Shown here piece after piece: positions 17,583 to 27,445 of a stretch of 64,000 nt of DNA. The position numbers and the translations under genes are program-made. Below the pieces are notes generated by a model. That model saw only the letters and a list, made by a program, of their open reading frames with translations, was not told the origin of the DNA and did not search any database. How positions within the stretch are numbered: the first letter of the stretch is position 1; every line of letters starts with the position of its first letter. Origin of the DNA: Candidatus Poriferisocius sp. (GTDB taxonomy: Bacteria; Actinomycetota; Acidimicrobiia; Acidimicrobiales; Bin134); NCBI RefSeq assembly GCF_965208475.1, contig NZ_OZ242338.1, positions 2,834,782 to 2,898,781 on the forward strand. Direction: 5' to 3'.

Positions 17583-18434
17583 ATGGCCGACGGTGCCTAT
17601 ACCCCTCACCCCTGGAACCGGGACTTCGCCTGGCAGCCAGCCACCTCGTCGCCTGCTTTCCTGTCGGCGGGCCAAACCGACCAGTTCAACCGTCAAGGGT
17701 TCTTCGTGATGGAAGACCTGCTCGATGCCGACACCATCGCCACCGTCGTCGCGGAGATCGATGCCATAGAGGCCGAGACCGAGGCCGGGCTGCGCCAGAT
17801 CGAGGGCGAGCGGCTGATGATCGCCGAGGCTGGGGCCATCACCTTCACCCCCCACCTGGTGGCCCGCTCGAACCTCCTGCGCCAAGTGGCCGCCGATCCC
17901 CGGATCGCGGCGGTGTGCACCGACCTGGTGGGCCCCGACGTGAACCTGTACTGGGATCAGGCGGTGTACAAGAAGCCCGAGAAACCCCGCCGGTTCCCCT
18001 GGCACCAGGACAACGGCTACACCTTCATCGAGCCCCAGCAATATCTAACCGTTTGGCTGGCCCTCACCGACACCACCGTGGAGAACGGCTGTCCGTGGGT
18101 GGCCCCCGGCGTCCACCTCCACGGCACGCTGGCCCATGCCTACGTCGATCCCCTGGGCTTTGAGTGCTTCGAGCAGTGCGAGAGCGCGGTAGCCGCCCCG
18201 GTGCCCGCAGGAGGTGCGGCGGTGTTCTCGTCGCTCACCCCCCATCTGACCGGGCCGAATACCACCGACGAGGCGCGCAGGGCCTACATCCTCCAGTACG
18301 CCCCCGCGGAGGCCGAGTTGCTCACCGGCGACCCGGCCCAGGGACCGCCCACCGGCCGGGTACCCTGCAACGCTCCCGAGCGGCAGTACCCAGTGGCCCG
18401 GTCAGGGAGACCGGTAACTCCCGACCGAATATGA
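17583..18434 (+). CDS. Phytanoyl-CoA dioxygenase family protein
   Basis: Internal ATG 17583 (MADGAYTPHPW). FPWHQDNGY iron-binding motif and PhyH-like length. Confidence 0.75.
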   Translation: MADGAYTPHPWNRDFAWQPATSSPAFLSAGQTDQFNRQGFFVMEDLLDADTIATVVAEIDAIEAETEAGLRQIEGERLMIAEAGAITFTPHLVARSNLLRQVAADPRIAAVCTDLVGPDVNLYWDQAVYKKPEKPRRFPWHQDNGYTFIEPQQYLTVWLALTDTTVENGCPWVAPGVHLHGTLAHAYVDPLGFECFEQCESAVAAPVPAGGAAVFSSLTPHLTGPNTTDEARRAYILQYAPAEAELLTGDPAQGPPTGRVPCNAPERQYPVARSGRPVTPDRI

Positions 18435-18499
18435 TGCTCTGAGCCGGGACGGCCTATCCGCCCCCGGTGCCCATCAGGGGCACACAGAGGGGGAACCCC

Positions 18500-19978
18500 A
18501 TGAAGACCAAGACGATGCGCTGGTTGATCGCCATGCTCGTAGCGCTGTCGATGATCGCCGCGGCCTGCGGTGGCAACGACGACGATGGCGCCGGCGAACC
18601 GGCGGCACCGGCCACCGAAGCCCCGTCCGCGCCCGAAGAACCTGACCCGGAACCGGAAGAGGATGAGCCCGAAGAGGCCGCCCCTGCTGAGCCCGAGCCG
18701 GAAGGGGCCCCCGAGGACGACGAGCCCGAGTTCGAACCGGCCCCCACCGCGGAGCCGGAGCCGGAGATTCCCCTGACCGCCACCTGGCGAGGGGTCACCG
18801 CCGAGACCATCACCATCGGTGTCACCTATCTCGACATCGATCAACTAGTCGAACTCGGCTTCTCGCCAGCCACCTGGGGCGACCAAGAGAAGGTCATCCA
18901 AGCCCTGGTGGACGACATCAACATCCGGGGAGGCATCAACGGCCGCCGGGTTGAGGTCATCATAGACAAATACAACCCCATCGGAGCCACCGAGGCCGAG
19001 GCCGCCTGTCTCCGTGTGACCGAGGACAATGAAGTATTCGCCGTGCTGTTCGGGTTCCTCGGCCCTGCTGAAGTGGCCAACACCTGCATCGTCGACCAAC
19101 AGGAGACGATCCTGGTGGGCGGGACCATCACCGCCGATCGGCTGGCCCTAGCCCGAGCCCCATGGGTCAACGAGAGAGTCCCGCGTGAGCGCACCACCAG
19201 CGCGCTGTTCACCCTGCTCGACGAGGAGGGGATGCTCCAAGGACGCTCGATCGCCATTGTGGCCGACCTCCCCTCAGCCCCCCAGCTAGATGAGGTTGGC
19301 AAGCTGCTGCGGGATCATGGCGTCGAGCCGGTTCTCGAAATTGCCACTTCCTCCAACGTTGCCGACCTCATTGCCCAGAACCAAGAGTGGGCCGCACTGT
19401 CGGAGCGCATCAAGGCAGCCGGCACCGACACCCTCCTGCTCGTCGGCAACGCGTCAGCCGGTATTGAAAACGCTGCTATCAACGGCCTCGACGTAGACAT
19501 CTGGGCAACCGACGCTTCCGGGTTGGGCGCCAACCTGGGTGGCAACGTCGAACCTGAGTCCGCTAGGGGCGTGATAACCGTGTCGGCCATGACCGGGGCC
19601 CAGACATACGAATCCGATCCGAGGATGCAGGAATGCACGGACGCATTTGCCGCCGCCCACCCCGATGTCGAGGTCAAGCATCCCGACGCCTTGGAGGAAG
19701 GCGAGCCGCTGTGGTTCACCGCCCTGTCCGGCCACTGTCGGTTCTTCCAGATCTTTGAGTATCTGGCCACCGAAGCCGGTCCCAACCTGACCCATGAGAC
19801 CTTCGCTGAGGCCATTGCCAATGCAGGCCAGTTCTCCGTCGCCAGTCAGCCCTACGCCTCGTTCGGACCGGGCAAGTACTCCAGCAACGACTCCTTCCAG
19901 CTCGTAGCCCAAGATCCCGATCTGGGCGCTAGGGGCCTGTTGGTTCCCATCGGCCCTTTGCGAGACGCCACTCCCTGA
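18500..19978 (+). CDS. ABC-transporter substrate-binding lipoprotein (Leu/Ile/Val-binding family), orphan
   Basis: GAGGGGGAA before ATG 18500. Lipobox IAAACGG. Acidic PE-rich linker. Paralogue of the ORFs at 67 and 60811. Confidence 0.7.
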   Translation: MKTKTMRWLIAMLVALSMIAAACGGNDDDGAGEPAAPATEAPSAPEEPDPEPEEDEPEEAAPAEPEPEGAPEDDEPEFEPAPTAEPEPEIPLTATWRGVTAETITIGVTYLDIDQLVELGFSPATWGDQEKVIQALVDDINIRGGINGRRVEVIIDKYNPIGATEAEAACLRVTEDNEVFAVLFGFLGPAEVANTCIVDQQETILVGGTITADRLALARAPWVNERVPRERTTSALFTLLDEEGMLQGRSIAIVADLPSAPQLDEVGKLLRDHGVEPVLEIATSSNVADLIAQNQEWAALSERIKAAGTDTLLLVGNASAGIENAAINGLDVDIWATDASGLGANLGGNVEPESARGVITVSAMTGAQTYESDPRMQECTDAFAAAHPDVEVKHPDALEEGEPLWFTALSGHCRFFQIFEYLATEAGPNLTHETFAEAIANAGQFSVASQPYASFGPGKYSSNDSFQLVAQDPDLGARGLLVPIGPLRDATP

Positions 19979-19995
19979 TCCGAAAGGAACTGTTC

Positions 19996-20229
19996 ATGTC
20001 CGTCTTCGACGACGTCATCCCCACTCTCATAACCGCCACGCCCGCCGTGGGCCGTGAGCTGGCCATCATGATTGCCCGCAAGACCATCGCCTCCATCCAG
20101 ACCGATGCCGACGTGCGAGCAAGCCTGCGCGATGACTACGCCCGCGATACCGCTCAACTCATCAGCTCGGCCCACGTCGTGGCCGTTGAGTTCCAGACCA
20201 TCGCCGCCGCCAACAACTACTGGCGCTAG
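19996..20229 (+). CDS. Hypothetical small protein
   Basis: 77-aa ORF 17 nt after the binding-protein gene. No recognisable motif. Confidence 0.35.
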   Translation: MSVFDDVIPTLITATPAVGRELAIMIARKTIASIQTDADVRASLRDDYARDTAQLISSAHVVAVEFQTIAAANNYWR

Positions 20230-20279
20230 CCGACAACCGAACTGACTAGTTCCCTTTAACGGAGGATACGGTTGCGGCC

Positions 20280-21104
20280 ATGAGCGACGCTGTTTCCGCA
20301 TCCCATCCGCTGGCTGAGGCCTTCGCTTCGGGTCGACCCGCGCTGGGCGCCTGGGCGGGGCTGCCCACGGCCATGGGCTGCGAGATCATGTCTAGAGCCG
20401 GTTTCGACTATGTGTGCATCGACATGCAGCACGGCCTGGCCGACTACTCCGACGCGCTGCCCATGCTGGCGGCTATCGACCTGGGCTCATCGACCCCGGT
20501 GGTGCGGGTGCCGTGGAACGAGCAGGGCATCATCGGCCGGATGCTCGACGCCGGGGCCATGGGCATCATCATCCCCATGGTCAACAGCCGGGCCGAGGCT
20601 GAGGCCGCGGTGCGGTCGTGCCGCTACGCCCCTGAAGGGTCACGCAGCTTCGGCCCCACCCGGGTGGCGCTGCGCGACGGAGCGGGCTACTTCGCCGGCG
20701 CCAACCAGGCGGTGAAGTGCATTCCCATGGTGGAGACCATCGCCGCGCTGGAGAACCTGGACGACATCATGTCCACGCCGGGGGTGGACGCCGTCTACGT
20801 CGGACCGGCCGACATGTCGGTAAGCCTGGGCCTGCCCCCCGGCAACAACGACGGCGAATCCTCCTTCGACGACGCCCTGGCCGCCATCGTGGCCGCCTGC
20901 GATCGCCACGGCGTGGTCCCCGGCATCCACTCCACCCCCACGCTGGCCCCCACCCGGGTGGCCCAAGGATTCCGCCTGGTCACCGTCACCGCCGACAACG
21001 CCGCCCTAACCTCCGGCATCACCGCCCACCGCCAATCCGTCCTAGACGCCCTCAGCGGCAATACCCCCGCGAGCAGCGAGGCAGGCGGAGAATCCCTGTA
21101 CTGA
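20280..21104 (+). CDS. HpcH/HpaI-family aldolase
   Basis: FDYVCIDMQHG, VRVPWNE and IIIPMVNSRAEAEAAV are typical of 2,4-dihydroxyhept-2-enedioate-type aldolases. Confidence 0.8.
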   Translation: MSDAVSASHPLAEAFASGRPALGAWAGLPTAMGCEIMSRAGFDYVCIDMQHGLADYSDALPMLAAIDLGSSTPVVRVPWNEQGIIGRMLDAGAMGIIIPMVNSRAEAEAAVRSCRYAPEGSRSFGPTRVALRDGAGYFAGANQAVKCIPMVETIAALENLDDIMSTPGVDAVYVGPADMSVSLGLPPGNNDGESSFDDALAAIVAACDRHGVVPGIHSTPTLAPTRVAQGFRLVTVTADNAALTSGITAHRQSVLDALSGNTPASSEAGGESLY

Positions 21105-21149
21105 GCCTCAACTTCGGTCAGTTCCCTTGCGGCCCGCAGCATGACATAT

Positions 21150-21168
21150 TGATATATTCTTCATATCA
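21150..21168. promoter_or_regulatory. Inverted repeat TGATAT-N7-ATATCA in a very AT-rich stretch upstream of fic
   Basis: Read directly. Positions 21141-21190 contain 11 G+C out of 50 nt. Confidence 0.4.
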
Positions 21169-21189
21169 TAGTTTGATATCTTTATAGTC

Positions 21190-22374
21190 ATGCCATCGAG
21201 TATCTTTGCCACACCCGAACCGGAAGATACCGACCTGCTGGTAATCGATGAGATCGAGCGCTTGCGGCACGAGCTCTCCCAATACGTTCGGCACAAGCCC
21301 CGAAGGTGGGCAGGCCATCTAAGGAGAATGAGCCTGGCCCGGGCAGTCAGAGGCTCTAACTGGATCGAGGGTTACCGAGCGTCATTGGATGACGTGCTGG
21401 ATGCCATCGAAGGAGAAGAACCGCTGGACACCTCCGAGGAAACCAGGCTGGCATTGACCGGCTACCGGGACGCCATGACCTACGTGCTCCAGCTTGCCGA
21501 AGCCGAGACCATCGTCGATCAATCCCTCTTGAAGTCGCTCCACTTCATGATGACCAAGCATGATCTGCGCGCCCGGCCCGGCCTATACAGAAAAGGAGAT
21601 GTCTGGGTGTCCGACGAAAATGGGACCCGCGTCTACGACGCGCCCGACGCAGCCCTGGTCGAACCACTCATAGGCGAGCTTGTCGAATCCCTCCAAGGGG
21701 ACGGGCCTGTGCCTGTCATATTCCGGGCCGCGATGGCTCATCTCAACCTGGTGATGATCCACCCCTTCCGCGACGGGAACGGACGCATGGCTAGAGCCCT
21801 GCAAACAATGGTGCTCTCAGGCGAGGGCATCGTCTCCCCTGTCTTCTCGTCAGTGGAGGAATATCTGGGGCGAAACACCGACGACTACTACGCGATTCTC
21901 TCCGAAGTCGGCCAGGGAAGTTGGCACCCGGAGAACTCGGCCCGGCCGTGGATTCGATTCATGCTCAGAGCCCACTATCGACAGGCGTGGACAATGCAGA
22001 GGCGGATTCATGAAACCGAGCACCTGTACGACAGCATCACCCAACTCGTCCACCGCAACAGCCTTCCGAATCGGGTCACCGGCGCACTGGCCGATGCAGC
22101 CCGAGGCCGCCGATTGCGCCGGTCGATCTACACGCACCTCGTGGAGCTGACCGAAGGCGACGCGATCTCCGACCTCTCCGCCAGCCGAGACTTGAAGGCC
22201 ATGGTCGACGCCGGAGTCCTCGAACCAAAGGGAGCGGGACGGGGGCGCATCTACCACGGCTCCGATGAGCTACGCAGCCTATGGCTCGACGTCCGAGCCA
22301 ACCGGCCGGCAAGAGCCGACGATGATCCCTACGTCACACTCCCCCAGCGGCCCTTGCCAGGAATCTCGGGCTGA
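21190..22374 (+). CDS. Fic-family protein (class II, N-terminal auto-inhibitory helix) with a winged-helix-like C-terminus
   Basis: Fic motif HPFRDGNGRMAR. Inhibitory motif SNWIEG, which fits (S/T)xxxE(G/N). Confidence 0.85.
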   Translation: MPSSIFATPEPEDTDLLVIDEIERLRHELSQYVRHKPRRWAGHLRRMSLARAVRGSNWIEGYRASLDDVLDAIEGEEPLDTSEETRLALTGYRDAMTYVLQLAEAETIVDQSLLKSLHFMMTKHDLRARPGLYRKGDVWVSDENGTRVYDAPDAALVEPLIGELVESLQGDGPVPVIFRAAMAHLNLVMIHPFRDGNGRMARALQTMVLSGEGIVSPVFSSVEEYLGRNTDDYYAILSEVGQGSWHPENSARPWIRFMLRAHYRQAWTMQRRIHETEHLYDSITQLVHRNSLPNRVTGALADAARGRRLRRSIYTHLVELTEGDAISDLSASRDLKAMVDAGVLEPKGAGRGRIYHGSDELRSLWLDVRANRPARADDDPYVTLPQRPLPGISG

Positions 22375-22552
22375 TCTACACAACCCACTGAAGAAGCCAA
22401 CAGCATTTGACGGAAAGGAACTGTCGTCGGCCAATGAACGCGTTTCAGTCAAATATCGCCACCACGATCATGATGGTCAGCAGCAGCGTGAAGAAGTTGA
22501 TGATGATGCCCGGAACCACAATGACGTCACTGGGGGCGGGTATTCTCTGAAT

Positions 22553-23470
22553 ATGGCTGGTCAGATGGCTCCGGTGCCTTCAGTAGACGGGGATGAGGCA
22601 CTGGCTGTGCTGCTTGATGAAGGGGTGGTTTGGGGGGATTCCAGCGAGTGGCTGCCGAGGTTGCCGAATGGGTCGGTGGACCTCTTTTTCATGTCGCCGC
22701 CCTATGCCGATGCTCGGGCGTATTCCAAGATCAGCCCGGACAGGTATGTGGAGTGGTTCCTGCCCTTTGCCGATGCCATGCTTCGGGCCGCCACGGACAC
22801 CGGTTCGTTCGTGCTCAACATCAAAAACCGGGTGGCCAAGTCGGGGCCGCTGCGGGGCCAGCGACATCCGTACGTGTACCAACTGGTGATCGCTCTGCAA
22901 GACATGGGGTGGCGGTGGACGGAGACGTACATCTGGGGCAAGCCCAATGCCATCCCTGGTCGGTTCGGACCACGGACCAAGGACGCGTTCGAGTACGTGT
23001 ACCACTTCACAAAGGGACCAAATCCGTACTTCGACTTGGATGCTGTACGTGTCCCGTATCGAGCAGATGAAGCTGAGATCAAACGGCGGCTCAAAGACAC
23101 CAATGGCCGTCGGAACACTGATGCCGGATTCGGCCGGGACCGCACCCGCACCTACGGCCGAGGCGGTGCCGACCCTGGGAATGTGATCAACGTGGGCCAG
23201 ACCTACAACCAGCACAAGGGCCCTGCCGGACAGCACACCGCAGTCATGCCCGAAGGTTTGGCTGAGTTCTTTGTGAAGGCAGCCTGCCCACCTGAAGGAA
23301 TCGTCATCGACCCATTTGCCGGGTCGGGGACCACGGTTACTGTTTCCCGCCGACATGGGCGCCACTCCGGTGGGATTGAACTGCATGCCGAGTATGCAGC
23401 GGTTGCCAAGGAGCGCCTGGCCAGCGACTTCGTCCAGGAGGAGTTGGGGCTGCTCCGTGTCGCTAACTGA
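22553..23470 (+). CDS. Beta-class DNA methyltransferase (N4-cytosine or N6-adenine)
   Basis: Internal ATG 22553. Motif IV FMSPPYAD precedes motif I DPFAGSGTT, which is the N6_N4_Mtase permutation. Confidence 0.85.
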   Translation: MAGQMAPVPSVDGDEALAVLLDEGVVWGDSSEWLPRLPNGSVDLFFMSPPYADARAYSKISPDRYVEWFLPFADAMLRAATDTGSFVLNIKNRVAKSGPLRGQRHPYVYQLVIALQDMGWRWTETYIWGKPNAIPGRFGPRTKDAFEYVYHFTKGPNPYFDLDAVRVPYRADEAEIKRRLKDTNGRRNTDAGFGRDRTRTYGRGGADPGNVINVGQTYNQHKGPAGQHTAVMPEGLAEFFVKAACPPEGIVIDPFAGSGTTVTVSRRHGRHSGGIELHAEYAAVAKERLASDFVQEELGLLRVAN

Positions 23471-23750
23471 GCCTGAGCACAACCTTCTCGCCAGTGCTGG
23501 TACCACTCCCAGCCCCACAACTCGTCGTCAAGCGGTAGCTGTTCTGCTGCGGCTATCAGAATCTGCTAGGGATGAGGCCGCCAAAGATCGAGGTTTGCTG
23601 CCTTGTGCAGTAGTTGACGGCAAGGGTTGGTCAGAGCGTCCGAACGCCCTCGTGGACATCGTGATTGCCACCGATGGCCGCACCTATTCCTTGTCCACAC
23701 TCCCTCACCTTCTTGACATTCCTGAGATCATTGACCTCATGCCTTCTTAG
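23457..23750 (+). CDS. Hypothetical 97-aa protein, translationally coupled to the methyltransferase
   Basis: GTG 23457 lies in the frame of ORF 23316..23750 and overlaps the MTase 3' end by 14 nt. No recognisable motif. Confidence 0.35.
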   Translation: MSLTEPEHNLLASAGTTPSPTTRRQAVAVLLRLSESARDEAAKDRGLLPCAVVDGKGWSERPNALVDIVIATDGRTYSLSTLPHLLDIPEIIDLMPS

Positions 23751-23773
23751 GACGCGGTCTGCCCATTGGTCGG

Positions 23774-24655
23774 CTAGCGGTAGCGGCGGATTATGGAGGT
23801 GGTGTCTAGGCGGTTCTCGCCGGCGGCCGCGGTGGCTTCGGTGTAGCGGCGGCAGAGTTCTACTAGGGGGATGGGGGCGCTGAGTTCGGCGGCGGCGTCG
23901 GCTACCAGGCCCAGATCCTTGTTCATCCAGTCGATGGCGAAGCCGAAGTCGAACTCGTCGGCCACCATGGTGTGGCCTCGGTTCTGGAGATACCACGAAC
24001 CGGCCGCCCCCTTGGTGACGGCGGCCAGCACCTTCTCCATGTCGAGCCCGGCCCGCTCGCCGAAGGCCAGCGCCTCGGCCGCCCCCTGCACGGCGCCGGC
24101 GCAGAGGATCTGGTTGACCATCTTGGTGAGCTGGCCGCTGCCGGCCGGTCCCAAAAGGGTGACCGCCGACGAATAGGCGTCGATCACAGGGCGGGCGGCA
24201 TCGAAGTGCTCAAGCTCACCGCCGCACATCACTGTCAGCACGCCGTTCTCGGCCCCAGCCTGGCCCCCGGAGATGGGGGCGTCCAGCCAGCCGATCCCCC
24301 GGCCGGCACACACCTCGGCCAGCTCCCGGGCCACGTCGGCCGACGCGGTGGTGTGGTCCACCAGCACCGAACCGGCGGCCATGGTGCTCAGAACGCCGTC
24401 GTCGCCCAGCACCACCGCCCTCAGGTCGTCGTCGGCGCCCACGCAGGTGAACACGAACTCGGCCCCGGCGGCCGCCTCTGCCGGGGTGGGGGCCACCTCC
24501 CCGTCGTGGGCCTCCCCCCAGCGCTCGGCCACTGCCGCCGTCCGGTTGAACACCCGCACCTCGTGGCCGGCAGCCGCCAGGTGCCCGGCCATAGGGAAGC
24601 CCATGTTGCCCAGTCCGATAAATGCACAAATGCTCACGTCGGCCACGATATCCAC
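23774..24655 (-). CDS. 3-hydroxyisobutyrate dehydrogenase-family NAD(P) oxidoreductase
   Basis: FIGLGNMGFPMAGHLAAAGHEVRVFNRT Rossmann N-terminus. GTG 24655 chosen as start. Confidence 0.8.
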   Translation of the reverse strand: MDIVADVSICAFIGLGNMGFPMAGHLAAAGHEVRVFNRTAAVAERWGEAHDGEVAPTPAEAAAGAEFVFTCVGADDDLRAVVLGDDGVLSTMAAGSVLVDHTTASADVARELAEVCAGRGIGWLDAPISGGQAGAENGVLTVMCGGELEHFDAARPVIDAYSSAVTLLGPAGSGQLTKMVNQILCAGAVQGAAEALAFGERAGLDMEKVLAAVTKGAAGSWYLQNRGHTMVADEFDFGFAIDWMNKDLGLVADAAAELSAPIPLVELCRRYTEATAAAGENRLDTTSIIRRYR

Positions 24656-24714
24656 CCGCTCGGCCCCAGCCCCGGTGGGCGGGGGACGAGGGCGGGGGCA
24701 TAACATCAGAGGTG

Positions 24715-25818
24715 ATGAGCGACAACGGCTTCGACGTTTTCTCTGCCGACTCCCATGTGATCGAACCCCACGACCTGTGGCAGATATACACGGTGGAGGC
24801 CTACCGGGATCGGGCCCCCCGGCTGGTCCACGAGCCCACCACCGATCGCCTGGTGTGCGACCAGGCCCGGCTGCCCCCGGTGGGGCTTTTGGCCGGGTGC
24901 ATGCGCACCGACGACAACGTGCGGGTCAAGGGCCGATGGGACGAGGACGTGCCCGATGTGGGTTGGGATCCCGCGGTCCGCATGGAGGCGCTGCGCACCG
25001 ACGGGGTGACCGGCGAGGTGCTGTACCCCACCATCGCCATGCAGATGTACCCCATCCAAGACGTGGAGTTCCAGTGGGCCCTGTTCGAGGCCTACAACAC
25101 CTGGATCGGGGAGTTCGTCAGCCAGATCCCCGACACGTTCGTGGGCATCGGCCTGCTGTCGCCGGTTGACTTGGAGCGGGCCGCCAAAGAGATCAAGCGC
25201 TGTCGCGGCATCGGACTCAAAGGGGTGATGATCCCGGTGGTCAACGGCGAGGACAACCCCTACCAAGACCCGTCGTTCGACCCGCTGTGGGCCGCGGCGG
25301 TGGAGCACTCCATGCCGGTGAACCTGCATGCCGCCACCACCCGCGACCCCGACAAGTCCTGGGACCAGGGCACGTCCACCCGGTCGGTGCTGCAAACGGT
25401 GGACATCCAAGAGGTGGTGCTAGACCTCATCTTCGGCGGCGTGTTCGACCGGTTCCCCGAGCTCAAGATCGTGTCGGCCGAGAACGACGTGGGCTGGGCC
25501 GGCAACCTGCTGGAACGGGCCGACTACTGGTTCCACCGCAACGCCCAGCTCCTCAAGGACATGAACTGCCAGCACGAGCCTTCGCACTACTGGCGCAAGA
25601 ACTTCCGGGTCACCTTCATGCGCGACCTCACCGGAGTGGCCGCCCGCGACATCATCGGCACCGAGACCATGATGTGGGGCAACGACTTCCCCCACCATGT
25701 GTCCACCTGGCCCCACAGCCAAGCGGTGATCGGCGAGCACTTCGCCGACGCGACCGATGATGTGCGCCACGCCATCGTGTCGGGCAACGTCCGCCGGCTC
25801 TACGACATCCAGACGTAG
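24715..25818 (+). CDS. Amidohydrolase-2 (ACMSD-like metal-dependent hydrolase/decarboxylase) family protein
   Basis: ATG 24715. FSADSHVIEP N-terminal metal motif and the WGNDFPH C-terminal motif. Confidence 0.75.
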   Translation: MSDNGFDVFSADSHVIEPHDLWQIYTVEAYRDRAPRLVHEPTTDRLVCDQARLPPVGLLAGCMRTDDNVRVKGRWDEDVPDVGWDPAVRMEALRTDGVTGEVLYPTIAMQMYPIQDVEFQWALFEAYNTWIGEFVSQIPDTFVGIGLLSPVDLERAAKEIKRCRGIGLKGVMIPVVNGEDNPYQDPSFDPLWAAAVEHSMPVNLHAATTRDPDKSWDQGTSTRSVLQTVDIQEVVLDLIFGGVFDRFPELKIVSAENDVGWAGNLLERADYWFHRNAQLLKDMNCQHEPSHYWRKNFRVTFMRDLTGVAARDIIGTETMMWGNDFPHHVSTWPHSQAVIGEHFADATDDVRHAIVSGNVRRLYDIQT

Positions 25819-25831
25819 GAGGAAAGGGCCG

Positions 25832-26551
25832 ATGACCAAGACCTGGACCGAAGAACATCCCGCCTTCCAGGTGGCCGCCTCCCGGCGCATCCTGGCCCGG
25901 GAGGGGTGCGAGAGCAGAGTGGCCGGCCATGTGTCGGTGCGCGATCCCGAGCGGGCCGACGCTTTTTGGGTGTCGCCGTTCGGATACTTCAGCGAGACGC
26001 TGCCCAGCGACGTGAACAGCTACGACATGGGCCTCAACCTGCTTGACGGCGACACCCCAGCCTCGCCGGCGGTGCGGTTCCACGCCGGGTTCTACGAGGC
26101 CCGGCCCGACGCCAACTCGGTGATCCACACCCACTCCCAGTATGTGGAGGTGCTGTCCACCACCGGCCAAGACGTGGGCCTGTACTCGGCCGACGCCTGC
26201 CTGTTCTACAAGGAGCAAGCCCACTACGCCGACAATGGCATCGACCAGCCGGTGGACGGCCCCAAGATGGCCGAGGCGCTGGGCGACCGGTCGGTGGTGC
26301 TCATCGGCAACCACGGGGCCTGCTTCGTATGCCCCTCGCTGGAGGAGGCCACCATCAAGGCCATCGCCTATGAGACCTCGGCCCGAGCCCACTACGAGGC
26401 CAAGGTGGTCGGTGGCCACGAGATGCCCGAGGCCGAGGCCGCCCGGTCCAAAAAGGCCTACCACAAGTACTTCATCCCCATGATGTGGGAGGCCAACTAC
26501 CGGCGCCTGCGCCGCACCGACGCCGACTTGTTCGAGACTCTGGCCGGGTAA
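25832..26551 (+). CDS. Class II aldolase/adducin-family protein
   Basis: AGGAGGAAAG before ATG 25832. GHVSVRD, VIHTHS and IGNHGA motifs. Confidence 0.75.
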   Translation: MTKTWTEEHPAFQVAASRRILAREGCESRVAGHVSVRDPERADAFWVSPFGYFSETLPSDVNSYDMGLNLLDGDTPASPAVRFHAGFYEARPDANSVIHTHSQYVEVLSTTGQDVGLYSADACLFYKEQAHYADNGIDQPVDGPKMAEALGDRSVVLIGNHGACFVCPSLEEATIKAIAYETSARAHYEAKVVGGHEMPEAEAARSKKAYHKYFIPMMWEANYRRLRRTDADLFETLAG

Positions 26552-27445
26552 ATGGCCGACGAGCCTAAGGCCCACCCGATGGACGGAATCGGGGTGGTCG
26601 ATCTCATGTTGGGCGTGCCGTCGGACCGCGACGCCTGGTACGCCAACTTCCAGGGGCTGCTGAAGGACACCGAGAGCCGCAGCTTCGGCCACGGCGCTGC
26701 CTACATGTTCAAAGACCTGCCCCAGGTGGACGGCACGGTGGACTTCATCGCCTACCTGCTGGCCGAGATGGACCGCTGGGGCGTGGACAAAGGGCTGTTG
26801 CCGGTGAGCTTCGGCGACACCTGGGGCACCCGTGGGGTCGCCGAGCATCCCAACCGCCTCTACGGCAGCTACCTGGTGGACCCCAACCAGGGCGTGCAGG
26901 CGGTGCGAGACCTGCGCCGGGCGGTCGACGAACTGGGGGTGATCGCCGCGGCCTGCTTCCCCACCGGGCTGCACCCCCAAGTCAACATCAGCGACCCGCT
27001 GATGTACCCGATTTATGCGGCGTGCTGCGAACTGGAGATCCCCATGTGCATCAACGCCGGGGTGCCGGGACCACGGTTTCCGATGGGCCCCCAGCACGTC
27101 GAGCACCTCGACCGGGTGTGCTACGACTTCCCCGAGTTGGTATTGGTCGTCCGCCACGGGGCCGAGCCTTGGGAAGACCTCATGGTCAAGCTCATGTTGA
27201 AGTGGCCGGGGCTGCACTATTCGACTTCGGCGTTCGCTCCCAAGCACTACCCCGAAGCCATAGTCCGCTACGCCAACACTCGGGGGGCCGAAAAGGTGAT
27301 GTATGCCGGGTACTTCCCCTCGGGTCTGTCGCTGGAGCGGATCATGACCGAGATGCGCAATGTGCCGTTCAGAGATCATGTGTGGCCCAATTTCCTCCGT
27401 GAGAACGCCCTGAGGGTGTTCAATATGGGTAATGAGCATGATTGA
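26552..27445 (+). CDS. Amidohydrolase-2 family protein
   Basis: ATG directly follows the upstream TAA. TIM-barrel hydrolase-like sequence with VVRHGAEPW and YAGYFP segments. Confidence 0.65.
   Translation: MADEPKAHPMDGIGVVDLMLGVPSDRDAWYANFQGLLKDTESRSFGHGAAYMFKDLPQVDGTVDFIAYLLAEMDRWGVDKGLLPVSFGDTWGTRGVAEHPNRLYGSYLVDPNQGVQAVRDLRRAVDELGVIAAACFPTGLHPQVNISDPLMYPIYAACCELEIPMCINAGVPGPRFPMGPQHVEHLDRVCYDFPELVLVVRHGAEPWEDLMVKLMLKWPGLHYSTSAFAPKHYPEAIVRYANTRGAEKVMYAGYFPSGLSLERIMTEMRNVPFRDHVWPNFLRENALRVFNMGNEHD

Noticed and set aside
22445-22519. Small, strongly hydrophobic minus-strand ORF (VVPGIIINFFTLLLTIMIVVAIFD) in the Fic-MTase spacer; considered as a type I-like membrane toxin or small regulator.
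   Set aside because: Only a GTG start is available, there is no Shine-Dalgarno-like sequence upstream, and the ORF has 24 codons. It cannot be supported from sequence alone, but is worth checking if transcript or ribosome-profiling data exist.
22580-23518. 312-aa minus-strand ORF; considered as the missing restriction endonuclease partner of the methyltransferase.
   Set aside because: It is entirely antisense to the MTase coding sequence, has a Pro/Arg/Gly-rich composition, and lacks any PD-(D/E)xK or HNH-like motif.
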